Assembly (NCBI GenBank): GCA_030248215.1
Contig: JASANG010000753.1
Span: 496,001 to 560,000, forward strand
Direction: 5' to 3'
Origin: Enoplolaimus lenunculus
Lineage: Eukaryota
DNA: 64,000 nt
Both the position numbers and the translations under genes were made by a program. A model generated the notes under the pieces. That model had not been told where the DNA came from. It worked only from the letters and a program-made list of their open reading frames with translations, and did no database searches. Position 1 is the first letter of the stretch. Each line of letters starts with the position of its first letter. This document shows positions 51,801 through 64,000 of this stretch, one piece after another.

Positions 51801-52872
51801 TGTTACCAACTAAAAAAGTGCTCAAAACGCTCTGCTAAAAGCTCAATGGGGGATTGACGTTGGCCCCGAAACCCCCCCCCCTCGCTATGACGCCATTGGG
51901 TATAATGTGTCTGTTTATGGCTTGAGTCAATACAAATTTAAAAATATAGAGGGGTATAAAACTGTAGTGTTAGAAATCATCGTATATACTTACTTTTATA
52001 TACGGGGAAATTTTGAAAAATCAAAATAGTTATTGTAGTTTTACTGCATTAATAAAATGGCTAAAAGTTTTACACATGTTAGCACGAAAGGCCAGTCTGC
52101 TAAATCAATCCCTAAACAGTACGCCTCCAAGTTTATAAGTCTCACTGTCTCCCATTTGGCAGGACGACTATAATTGACATTGGGCCAGAAGCTATGTTAA
52201 GGTGGTGCTATACTTATTGACTATTTTAATGTGGTTTTTTGATCTTTTACGCCGCACGATAATATAGCGCCACAGTTAATTGGCTGTTTTAATCAAATAT
52301 CAATCCGGAAAAGCTTAAACGTAGACGGTGCCAAGGCAACAAAATTGCTTGGCAACGGGTGGCTTGTCAAAGTGTCTAAAAGATTACATTGTACAGTGTT
52401 CAGTGTACGCAAGTTATTATAGAAGATGCATACATTAATAAACTGACCAGTGTATTATTTTGTTAATTTAAGCAATTGAATCAAGAAAAGCATGAACTCA
52501 GACGTCGGCTGGAAACTGTCAACGCTGAATACGAATCTCGAATGTTGGAGCTACAAACGGATATCAACGCGTTGCGATTGGAGTTGCACGAGCAATCTTC
52601 TGTTGCGCGATCGGTAGCGCATGACAAAGCGATTGCGGTTGAAGAGTTATCGGACGCTAATCAAAGGTTGAGTCAACAATTGTGTCAGGTATGGCAGATG
52701 TGGAAGGCAGACGAAAAACCAGCAGCTACTACAGTTGCAGTCAGAATAAAATTGAGCGTTCAACGGGCAGATGGACGCTAGTGCAATCTGAGGCGGTTTG
52801 GGTAGTAATTTTTGAGTGCGTCTTCGTTGATGAATGATCTCTAAAATGTTTTTGTTGTTGTCGTCGTCGTCG

Positions 52873-52928
<56 letters not shown>

Positions 52929-52942
52929 GCTGCTGCTGTTGC

Positions 52943-52976
<34 letters not shown>

Positions 52977-55900
52977 GCTGTTGTTATAAGGATTATAATA
53001 TTGGTTTCAAATTTCAATTCAGGTTACATATCTTACGCTTGCGACCGCGTGGCGTACGTCTGCGGATGCATTTAATCCTGGCCATTATGGTTGCGCTATA
53101 CTTTTGTTGACGTCCGACGCAGTCCGTCACCCGTACGGTGCCGTCCGTCACCGTGCGATATCGTCCGCAAATAACACATGTACGATAACGTATGGTGACG
53201 GACGATGACGGACGGCGCCGTATGGGTAAACATGCGTCAAAAAGGTTAAAATGGTGATGAATCCTTGAACCAACACAAATAATGAAAAGAGCCTATAAGT
53301 TAATCTAAAACTTTTGAAACGTAAATGTTTATTTTTAGACTGATAGTTCTCCATAACACCGTAAAGATATTGGGATTCATGCTTTTTCGGCGCTGAAACA
53401 AGAACCGAAACAGGAATTGAATTTTCGCAGGAATTCAGGCCGGAACACAAATTATGGTGAACTCCTGGGGTGCTTATTGGTGTACGTATTACAGTGTTGT
53501 TTTGTATTTTTCAGGCACACAAGAATGAAGAAGATCTTGCCAATCAGTTACATTCACTTCGAGAGCAGTTTAATTCAAGGCGGGTTGCATTACATGAACA
53601 CGTTCAACAATTGGAAACACTCAGAAGCGAAGTAAGCTGATTTTTGGTTTGTGAGATTAAAAGGGTTTTGCACCTGTGACCCTATTCTCAAATGCCTTTA
53701 GCACCTTTCACTAGATGGTGATAGATCTTGGAACTTTCGAATCTTCAAACGGAAAGCTTAGATATTCATTATCGTTTTCATGTTTCATTTACCCTATTGC
53801 TGTGCCAAATTTGAGATTTACAACCGCAACAGTTTATTCGTTTGAAAACCTATTACCAACTGGTGATTGAAGCTATACTCAATTGAGAATACTGGTCCTG
53901 ATTTGCATATGGCACATATGACTCGTTTTATCAATGACATAGTGAGCCTAGTAATAATATGACCTACGAGAGATTCATTCGTATTTGTTGACCGGAGTTG
54001 CAACAGTAACTACGTAAGTGGTACCGTAACAGGAGCCGGAATAGGATTGGGTTATCCGGAGTATTCTCTGTCTGTACTTTTGGTCAGAGTGGCCACAGAT
54101 AGCGTTTTCAACTGGAAAGAACCGGAAAATGTTGAGTGGCACCTGAAAATCGGGGCATTTGTTTTACGCTTAATTTTCTTCTCTGTATCCTGCTGGATCG
54201 TGCCAGAAAATCGAATCTGTTCAACAAGCCGGTAAGCTACACTCAACGTTCGTCAAAACAATTATACTGTTTTTTGTATTTTTCAGATTACTTCGTTATC
54301 AGAAAAGAAAGTAGAACTCGAAAAGAAAATAGCGCAATTATGTGAAGAACGTGATTCGCTTGCTGAAAATCTTGATGACGCCCAGCAAAAAGTAGTATCG
54401 CTTGAAAAACAATCAAATGAGCAACAGACAGAGGTTAGTCAACGTGATATTAAATTTTAATTTTTTTTCAGGGAAGGGGTTATTGGAGTGATTCTGTGTT
54501 TTTCTAGCTAAGTTTTGGGTGTTCGAGGTTTATTTGAATTTCTACGATCTAAGGCTACTCTGTGTGGTCCATACAGAGGGCATTTCACACTAATGATGAG
54601 TCTGAGACTAAACTACAGATGTCCTGGCCACGCTAAAAATCCTATATTCAAGCTAACTTATAAGCAAACCTGGGCATGAATATCTAAGCCTAAACAGAAA
54701 CCTATACCTACTACTCGAAGGTCAACTAAGGTCGCCGGAAGATGTTTTAATTAGATTTTTGGCTAAAAATACAAAATGGTCGAAGTTTCAAGGTCTTACT
54801 AACCAATTGGTGTGTATGTTGCAAAGCCAACTTTGTTAACTGGCCAGCAATCGTTCGATGAGAAACTTACTGTAACATACTTACACAAATTTTGTTTCCC
54901 TATAAGAAATTTGAATTTGCTAAGCTATTGTTTAAAAATATATTCCAGCTGAAAATCAAAGATCAACAGTTGTCCGAAGTAAAACGTGAAAATTTATCGT
55001 TACGATCTGAAATCCGATCTGCAACCACGGCATCGCTGTTTGAAAAATCTTATCCCACATTGGCAGGCGGGCGGCAGGGATGCCCTGGAGGTGTAGCAAT
55101 GGATCATAGCGGGTACCCAGGGTCGACTTTTGGTGCCATAGGCAGACAAGATGGAGGCACGGGTCAGTCGTTGTTCAACGAGCTCGAAATGGCGGAACAG
55201 GAGTTGAATGGCGAAACAGTAAGTATGCGTGCGTGATGATGGAGATTAACTAGCTAGTTTTTAGCGCCTAATAGGTAGCTAGTTTTGACTGGGACTGATT
55301 ATTGGGACAACATGGCGGATAAAGCTGTAAAGCTAGCTGGAGTTGATATTTGGGATAAACAGTGAATGTTTGGTATTATATAATATTTTTCGTATTTTAT
55401 AATGTTTTTTACAATTTCTGTCTATATTGACACTGTTACCATGAATTTAAAACGCTCCTGTTGCTCAAAGATCTTTCGAACAAAAAACCTGCGGTTGTAT
55501 GAAGTTGCTTGTGAAAATGAGTGACCAGCGACCAGCAGCAGAAGTCCAGAAATTTGCGGTTGAAATGAGAAGGCGGATCTAAACAAATCTCCTGTAAAAC
55601 TTGTTACGGACTCTAGGCAGAATATTTCGCCCTATAAAGTGCGTACCCCCTTTCGCTATTACACTTTTATATACGTCTTTTAAATGTTTTCCTCCATTAG
55701 TGCTTCTTCAGATCAATAATTCGTCAATAATTCACTGGTTTGAAAGTTACAAGAGCTGTCACCCACTTGTAATAAGTGCAACATACATTTGAGAATACGA
55801 GCGTCCTCATGATAACAATACTTTAGAAGGGATACTTTCACAATAATTTTGCTTCAGATTAATTCACCAATTTGTGGAACACAAGCCACCGGTATTCCCG

Positions 55901-58837
55901 GCGACCCCATCGGGGCTGCGGTAAGCGCTGCTGTCAGATTCCAACAACATCAGGCCGCCGTTAGTGGTGGGACAACCGGGTGCATTCCAGATTTGTCCGA
56001 TCCGGAAGATGAAATCGAATGCGACGATGATTTTTTGCCGACCGAAGACGAACTCGAATCGCGTGATATGGATTTGTACGCGCGGTTGCATAACGAAGAC
56101 GATCAGGCTACGTTTGCGGTGAGTTTGTTTTGAGGTCAAATTTGAGGCCAATTTTTGGAGTGCATTTTTCAAATCTGTTATGAAAATATTGCTAAACCAG
56201 TCTACGTTACGTATTCACCGCAAGAGTTCGTCAGTGTAAAAACCTGTCGCTAACTGGTGATAGATGCTACATACATTTGAGAATATGGGCCTACATAACA
56301 TATTTACAATGGTTTGAAGTGCTTAAATTGTTCTGAAAGCAGAGCGTTATTTGGTTATAAACGCAAGCTTTGAGCGTGGCTTTAGGACAGTCACGTATAC
56401 AAGATTAGCTTTCTGGGCGGGTGTGCTTGGCGTACAAATACAAACTTCATGGTCCGACCGCGATTTTTAAATAGTGCTGTAGACATTTTCGGAAAATATA
56501 GTGCGATTTTAGTTCCGGTACTTTCGCCAGCCCACTTTGTATAATGTTCCGGTACCGATCTTTCGAAATTGGCATGCTGTAGCACGTTTTGACTATTGTT
56601 TGGGTTGAGAGTTAAAAAAATTGTTGATTTTAGTTGAAACAAGAAATTCTAAACGTCTACAACGATCTCCGTGCAATTTGTCGTCCTGGCGACGCGGCGC
56701 TTGAAGCTCTCGGCGCTGCAGCGTCGTGTGATTTGTCGAAATCTGTTCTGATGAACGCTGAACTCAAACCAGATTTATTGCGGTTGGTGTTGTACGAACT
56801 ACGTGGCCTGATGGAAGATATTGTTACTCGCGAGTTGAAGATGGTAAGTCGACCAAGTCGAAACTCAGGGTGATTTAGAGTTTGAGAAACGTAGATTTTA
56901 AAATATGCTTTGAACAATATAAAGATTCCTGTTTTTAAGGGAAGTTAGCTGGAAATGTGCTAATTTTTACCGAAATATAGCTAGGTCGTTTAGAAAAAAC
57001 GGTGAGGTTGTTTTAAACACGGTTGTAGGTCAGGGTGCGACCGGAGATCTGGTTCCGATTTAATATCCGGCAAAACTGATATTCGTATCAGGTTCCGGTA
57101 TCAGGTAAATTAATATTCGCCCGCACATTGTTATTGGTCTACACGAATATGGCCTGTTTCGTATGTGTATCTGGTAAATTAATATTCGCCCGCACGACAA
57201 AATTATTGCGAACAGCACATACGAAACAGGCCATGTTCGTGTAGACAGATTACTAATACAGACAGACTTATTAACTTGTTGGTTTCAGGCAAAAAAAATA
57301 AAAGAAACAGACGAGGCGAAAAGTCAAGTGGAAGCCGAAAAATGTGCTGTCAAATCACATTTGGATAACGTTCGGCAAGAACTCGCATCGTGTAAAGATC
57401 GTTTACTTGCAATGACCCTGAAACTTGATGAGCAGGATGAAGAAGTTCGAAAGAAAACGAATGAATTTTCTAATTTAAATAAACAGGTATGTTGACGATA
57501 ATTACACTGTTAGGGTGTCGCTATGCTTATGGATAATTCTAATGTTGTCCGCCGCATCAGTCGGCGGTTTAGTTTAATTCACGTGCGCTACTTAGGATGT
57601 TTAAAATTCATTTAAAATACTTCACGTGTTGGGGCTGCCTAAAATGCATATAATGAAGTGTGGATAAATCGAAATTTTTAATCGAATCTCAGCTTGCTTT
57701 ATATTGACTGCTTAAGCTAATGCAGAGCTGAACTATATTGAACAAGTAGTTTTATAAGTTGTTGTTTTTCCTATTTTAAGCAGCAACAATTTCGTTCCGT
57801 CGTTTAATCAATCTGCTTAGAGTTGGCGATAAGGTTCGAAATGGTTTTTATCAACATTCAGCGCTGTTGTAAGGAAAAAACCGGCGACGAGAAAACCAGT
57901 GCTCGGCTGATGCGGCATGCTAACCACTCATACCCTAAAATTGATTTAGTGTTTTTGCAGGATCCTGTTTTTTAATTTCTGTCTGATCGTGCGCAACGTT
58001 TAATTTCAGCTAATGATGCAACGTAAAGAAATAACGAATCTTTTGATTGACCGCGATGAACTCAAAGCAACCACACACGAACAACAAACGAGTAAAAGTG
58101 ATGATGAAGTGATTGCTAAAGTTGCCAAAGAACGAGATATTGCGCTTGAACAGTGAGTTTTGGTTTTGATGTATTGCAAGTGCAATCTATATGCAGTTGC
58201 AATTTGACAATTTCTACGGGCGCTATATGTGTCGTGTGACGGTCTTCGCCAGACGGTGACCGATGGCGCCGGACGTTATCAAAGGTATACCACCACACTA
58301 ACTGCTAATTTTAATCGCAATTGTTATTCTGGCTGATCGTCTGTGATGCAAACACATAGCTGAACTCCCTACATTCCCGTGTAAATACTGTACATATTGC
58401 GCGTTTTGTAGCCAGTTGTAGTCTTTGGCTCACCGTTCACCTGGAAAGACTAACCAATTTTGTCCTTTGCAACCTTTGGCTTCTGTTTGTGCCTTGTTAT
58501 GTCTACCGGTGACTTGGTTCAATCGCAAATTCTTGCCCCAAAGGAAATTTTTGCTTAACGGATTTGTAAATTTCGATTAACTGTGAAAGATTTCTTCAAA
58601 GTTTGGTTTCAAATTTTGTTTCATCAAAGTTTACTTGAAAATTGCTTTTGCAGGAAATGCAAAGTCGAAAAGGAATTGACCAAAGCGCAAATCGATTTAA
58701 TGGCGCTTGATAGTCAATTGATGGACGCGATTCAAGAGAAAATTCGACTCTCGCAACAGCTGGACAATTGGCCGAATACGCGTAAGGGCCAGCAGCCAAA
58801 TTTGATTTCATTGCCAAATATTCTCAAATGCATGTAG
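48835..58837 (+). CDS. BICDL1: Bicaudal-D-related dynein cargo adaptor (BICDL1/BICDR-like); 3' end atypical
   Basis: Exons 48835-48999, 49753-49890, 52473-52688, 53515-53631, 54287-54433, 54949-55218, 55858-56118, 56634-56843, 57289-57486, 58010-58152, 58654-58837. Motifs DRDLVLVAELGKALL, QEKHELRRRLE, SLFNELE, DLMALDSQLMDAIQEKIRLSQQLDNW. Confidence 0.88.
52853..52985. repeat. (GTT)n microsatellite with GTC/GCT variants, intronic
   Basis: Directly visible trinucleotide array. Confidence 0.95.
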
Positions 58838-59012
58838 CACCTATTACCAATTGCTGATAGGTCCTATAAAATTCGCAAAATTTGGCACATTATTCGCATT
58901 TGATTATTCCTACTTGTGACCCGAGTTCGGCATTTGTAGCTGCCGTAGTTCGGCTTGCTTGAAAACTTAATGCTAACTGGTGATATGTGTAATTTACATT
59001 TGAGAATAGGGG
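58812..59012. mobile_element. MITE, TATTCTCAAATG / CATTTGAGAATA family
   Basis: ATATTCTCAAATGCATGTAGCACCTATTACCA ... TGGTGATATGTGTAATTTACATTTGAGAATAGGGGC. Confidence 0.7.
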
Positions 59013-60289
59013 CATTGGTTTGTGGATTGGCGTGTCACTTAGCCAGTCCAGGATAGTGATTTCATTGCTGAGCCTCTAAGATTGGACTGATTTTGTTACT
59101 TTGGCTTATGCCAAGCATTATACGCGTGTCCTTACGCTGAGGCTTAGGAATATGCCTACACTACTGTTTTGGTCCACGGCTATGCATTACCAATTTTATG
59201 CAAAACGAGGTCTGGGGTACGATTATCCCTTTATTATGTTAAATTTGACAAAATTTTAAAGATTCGAATTTCACTTTTCGGTAATGAAACACGTCGAAAT
59301 CAGGTTATACATATACTGGCCAAATTCAACATGCATGAGCGATCTTGGTGCATTATTGTAGTTTTCGTGCTATTTGTGTCGCTTTTGTGCTTGCAGGCGT
59401 TGAGTTTGTGCTAGTCTGCTGGATGTAAACTATTCGGATTCTCGTGCAAAATCTTGGGATTCTGTCGTTGAAAGAACTCGCTAATTCTTGCGTTCTGGCC
59501 CACTACAAAATATTGCTGCATGTCTGTCGGATATTAGAAGGTTTCTTGCTTGCCTGACCTAGCATATCTGTTCTTGCACAGAGCCCCTTCCGCTGACAGC
59601 TCTTTCTCACACAAATGGTGGTATACTTTTTAAACCTACAGGGGTAATCTTTCTGATTTTCCCAACTGGTTACTTTTGACGCCCGTTTGTGGACAGTAGG
59701 CTCGGCCATGGAACTGTGCACCGGTACGCATTGAGTCTGCTTTTGTGTCAGTTGTCAGCCTTCTGCTTTAATGTACCGGCCCGTGTTAATTATGGGGGCC
59801 TACGCATTTAGAGACAGTAAGGCTGGTTTGCTTATAGACTTGGAAGCATAGACCGTGTTAAAACTTATGTTTAGGATTATATTTAACCCTACGCCTTTGG
59901 GCTTAGGCATAAGCTAAGTAGGAACGTCCTTGCTACACATTCATTAAAAACATACGCTGCTGGTTTCTGGAGTACGCGTTTCCTAGATTTTACATCCTCG
60001 CAAGCGTTTGTTTGGTTTTCGTAGCTTTTAAAGCTTATTGTAAGCCTTATTTCAGACCCGCAGTCAGAAGACTTAGTTTATTTTTGAAAAACTTTGGTCC
60101 GCCTAGAAAAGTTTCAACAACGTTTTTAAACAAATTGAACCCATCTGCATGCGCCCCCCCCCCGGGAAATTGCTTGCCCCTCTCCTCCTTTTACGCAGTA
60201 AGCTGGCTGCGGGCCGGTCTTCGTTGTGTCGCGATGTTAAATGTTAAGTTGCGTTTTCCGGGACAAAATTTTCAATTCAGGAAAATATT

Positions 60290-60646
60290 GGCTGGGTTTC
60301 TTAAACCCTACTACTTAAGTATGACTTGATTCCTTAATATGTGCGAGCAATTACTTAACCAATTTAATCGTTTCTAAAAGCGAACTTAAGCTAAGTAAAT
60401 ACTTAAGTCACCGATCAAATTCAATGGTGTTCAGACTGACAGTTCACGCGTATTAACTTTAATCGAATTGAAATTGCAGCCTCGTTGTGTCTTCTCCTTT
60501 ATACAAAGCAAAACTGTTGCTTCGTTGTGATGCCAATGACTCACTCAAATTTGGCATTTATTTGTTTTTGTTTAAAAAGTTACTTAAGTCGACGACTTTA
60601 GTAAATACTTTAAACGTAACCTAAGTAAGATTTGAGGAACCCAGCC
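60290..60646. mobile_element. MITE with GGCTGGGTT TIRs and ACTTAAGT subterminal repeats (related sequence at ~8575-8830)
   Basis: GGCTGGGTTTCTTAAA ... TTTGAGGAACCCAGCC. Confidence 0.7.
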
Positions 60647-60967
60647 AAAGTTTATATTTTCAACGAAAATTTTTGCAATGTAACGTGTTCACTTTGTTCG
60701 AGGCATGCCAGGTTTTTGTCTGTTTGCTGTTTTCGAATTGTGTTTTAGAATTATTAGGCTTTCACATGTTTGTAATTGTGGTTGTGTTTTAGCTGTTAGT
60801 GATATGGTCTGTCATCATCAGTATCACAATATTGTCGCAACTATCAGCGAACAACCGGTGTAGATGTTTTATCGAAATTTTGGTAATGATTTTCTTATAA
60901 TATATAGTATAATTCGTACTTATATCAGGGCGTCAAGCAGAAACTGTATTTTACGTACCTGATCTGG

Positions 60968-60980
60968 AATAATAATAATC

Positions 60981-61018
<38 letters not shown>
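60968..61018. repeat. (AAT)n microsatellite
   Basis: Directly visible. Confidence 0.95.
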
Positions 61019-61077
61019 TTGAGTTTTGCCGGAACAGATATTGAAATAGGAAGTTGAAGTAATTTTTGACACATTTA

Positions 61078-61285
61078 GGGTTGCGCTATGCTTTCTTTGA
61101 TGTGCGGTGCCGTCCGGCGGCGTCCGTCACGTACACGGTACCGTCCGTCGCCCGTACCGGCCGTCCGTCAGCGTGCGGTATCGTACGCAAATAACTCACG
61201 TACGCTAACGTATAGTGACGGACGGGGTGCCGTATGGGTGACGCACGGGGACGAACGGCGCCAGACGTCAGGTATAGCGCAACCC
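61078..61285. mobile_element. PIF/Harbinger MITE, GGGTTGCGCTAT family
   Basis: TTA|GGGTTGCGCTATG ... TATAGCGCAACCC; CCGTC/GACGG palindromic interior. Confidence 0.78.
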
Positions 61286-61935
61286 GAATAGTTCTTTATC
61301 AACCCCCAAAAACTAGGTATAAATGCCCGTATGCAGCCTAATAGTTTCCCTCAAGTTGGTAATTCTTGGAACTCTATTTTTTAGCTTTTTGAATTGCTAA
61401 TAAAAGAAAACTCACGAGAAAATTAGCATATGGAATAACTTTAACTTGTGTAAAACTTAATGCCCGATTCACACGTGCAAGAGTTTGCAAGTAACACTCC
61501 GCTGCAATTTTTTTACTGAGTTTTCGAACAAAACGCTCCGTTGCACAAGTTGCAGCTGTGAGTTCTCGCGGCAACAACGTGCACAGGTGAATGGAAGTCG
61601 GCAATAAATATTCTTTGCACTAACGGTTGCCACGGGGTATGTCCGATTTCGAAAAGGGGGCTTCATTGTATAAATATATTTTGAAGTTGGTGGATTGTCG
61701 TGTGTCACCAACTAAATAAATTGCCAAAAACCCTTAGTCAAAAATGTCAAAGGAAAGCTTGATTTCTACACTCCGTCGTTACGCCATTAATGGCTGGTTC
61801 GTCGAACGTTGGAACATGGCTTAATTGGCAGCTTCTCAAATATTGATTTGGTTTGGGCTTTTGATGCTTGTTTCATTGTTGTGATTTTTAGTCTAAAATA
61901 GCGTCAGCTTCTTAGCCACTTGACTATTATTGTTC

Positions 61936-62120
61936 GGGCCAATGTTACTTTAATGGGCGTAACAGAAGATTAAGCGTATTCCCGAGCCTAAGCCTAAGCG
62001 TTGAAAATATGTGTTCCTAAGCATAAGCCTAAGCCTAAGCAAAAACTGTAATCTAGAATCTAAACGTACGCTTTTATGGACCAACCAGAAACTTGGACGC
62101 CTGTTACAGTAACATGAGCC
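61936..62120. mobile_element. MITE, GGCC(C/A)ATGT family, with GCCTAA array
   Basis: GGGCCAATGTTAC ... GTAACATGAGCC; core GCCTAAGCCTAAGC twice. Confidence 0.72.
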
Positions 62121-62423
62121 ATTCATTGTTCGCACGACTGTTTCGATGTTGTGGTGTTTTCGTTTTGATTTGACGCTTCAAATTTAGAAGTTTTTATTCG
62201 GAAGCCACTAAGTGTGTGTTAATTATATTGTTGTTATTGCCAGGGAGCGACCGTAAATCCAATTCCGGTTTAATATTGAGCGAAAAAAACGGACATCTGT
62301 ATCCGGTTTCAGTATCTGGTATTTGCGGCGTTGACTGAATGTCATAAAACAGCTTTTTTTTACATCTTGATGTGCTAGACAATTTTGCTGTAACTCTATT
62401 CGTGGGCAAGTCAGTAAGATTAA

Positions 62424-62559
62424 GGGTTGCGCTATAGTTTACTGAGCCGGACGCCGACGCGCGCCGACGTACACCTCCGCAACGCGGCGGCGTGCGGCAA
62501 AATTTTCACCGCGTCGCGCGGCGGCGTCCAACGGCGCGCGCGCGAGTATAGCGCAACCT
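62424..62559. mobile_element. PIF/Harbinger MITE, GGGTTGCGCTATA family, CG-rich variant
   Basis: TAA|GGGTTGCGCTATAG ... TATAGCGCAACC. Confidence 0.75.
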
Positions 62560-62964
62560 TTTGTCTTTTATTATAACGTGAAATTAAAAATCCAAGCTCA
62601 GCATACGTACATAGTATACTTTCAAATCAGTACACACGTATATATTTTAGCACGGCTCAAATACTGCCAACAGTGCACAAATTTAGATACATTGTGTATC
62701 CGGCGAACATCCGGTTGCGATAAAAATTCAGTCCGACTCCGGTTCCGGTATCCGGTAAAATTAACATCCGATCGATCCCTTGTTGTAAAGTTTATTTGTT
62801 TGTTTCAGATACCGGTTCGAGTCATGCACGACGCGACTATCATTGATTTGCCATCAAAATTTGCATTTTATTGATGAATCTCTCTTCTTCCATACAAAAT
62901 GCCAGTTTTTACTCGGTTTGGAAACATCAAACAATGCCATAATCACAGTTTAGTTTTAAAGGTA

Positions 62965-63139
62965 GGCTCTTGTACGCTTCTATCCATAAGCGCAAGCTAA
63001 GGCGTAGGCATAAATTTTGGCTGTAGGAAAAGGTTTACGTATGCCTAAAGTCTACACCCTTGTCTTACTCTTAACCTTTACCGAAAAAGCCTAAGCTTGG
63101 AGTCTTGTTCTGAAATGTGGGCGGAAGTGTACAACAGCG
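62965..63139. mobile_element. MITE, GGCTCTTGTAC family
   Basis: GGCTCTTGTACGCTTC ... GGAAGTGTACAACAGC; degenerate TAAGC/GCCTAA core. Confidence 0.6.
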
Positions 63140-64000
63140 ATATTGTTTTTGTTTTTGCAATTTCTGTGGTGCAGATTTGCAATGTAAGTTTACAATTTTT
63201 TAAAATTTGTCAAGGTTTTTGGGATGAATTTTAAGTCTCTTTTTTTCAGAATACTCGTAGCAATGTTCTCCCGTCAACGCTTGTACAATGCCTTCCCTAC
63301 AAACTTAAAACGCAAGCCAAAGTCGTTTATGCCAAAATTTTAAAAATTTGAAAATTTTGACAATTGTAAGATGAAATAGCGTGCAATAGAAGATTTCCTG
63401 CAAATTATTTTTATTGAAAAAAATTCTCGTTGCGCAGTTGTTCAAGACATGAATAGTTTCGTAATAGCACAGGGTATTCGTACCGATATGATGAATATAT
63501 TAATATATACTTTTGTAATTAACGTTTGTTGTTGTAAATATTATTTAATACCATTTAGTTTGGTATTCAGTGTTTGTTCCATCAATTCATACTGGCCGAT
63601 CCATGGGTGATGCCATCCAGGCCAAGGCCACTCCAACAGAAACCACGGCCAAAATTTTGTATTATGATTTCTTACTGAAATCGCGTTTGGCTTCTCGATC
63701 GCGAGCTTTTTTTTCACTTTTATGTAATCGCGAGGCATCGTTCTCAGTTGGAGTGACTGGACTGGATCCGCCACTGAAGCTACAGCTGTAGTACCGGTAA
63801 TACATGCTATAGTCATGCAGTCCTATCGGTACTTGTTTACATACTTTCCGTCACACTGGTATTAGTTTGATAGATGGCAATTTATTGTCATACCTTTCCG
63901 GTGCTGTTCATTGTTTTCCTGACCCTAAGCGTAAAGGTAAGCATATTTTGTTATTACAGACTTGCGTGTGTGGAGAGAAAGTAAAGAAGTGTCATCTTTT

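Noticed and set aside
59400..59760. Possible missing terminal BICDL1 exon or new gene
   Set aside because: No coiled-coil or QDDM-like peptide and no convincing splice sites.
63541..63816. Trp/Pro-rich minus ORF and overlapping plus ORF
   Set aside because: No recognisable homology or exon structure; cannot be supported within the window.

Overview
Eukaryotic (animal) genomic DNA, AT-rich, with short GT-AG introns, frequent TTTCAG-type acceptors and many degenerate TTAGGC/GCCTAA runs. A nematode or related invertebrate is a reasonable inference, not a proven one. The left end holds the 5' ~4.6 kb of an L1/Tx1-type non-LTR retrotransposon (minus strand; ORF1 with a CCHC knuckle, ORF2 with APE endonuclease and RT running off the window). 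Six spliced host genes follow: NCKIPSD/SPIN90-like (-), ACAD9-like (+), TM2D2 (+), MAGT1/TUSC3 (-), a stand-alone ATRX-type ADD-domain gene (+) and BICDL1/BICDR-like (+). A dead DD41D Tc1/mariner element and many MITE families fill introns and intergenic space. Most notable: (1) an ATRX-type ADD gene with no SNF2 helicase; (2) an ACAD9 homolog whose catalytic Glu is replaced by Met; (3) a BICDR CC1 box reading VAELG and a last exon that reads into a MITE; (4) MITE families with telomere-like TTAGGC cores; (5) tRNA-like Pol III segments inside a TGT..ACA insertion and a piggyBac-type MITE. Exon boundaries were read by eye and are approximate to a few bases unless stated; no database search was run.
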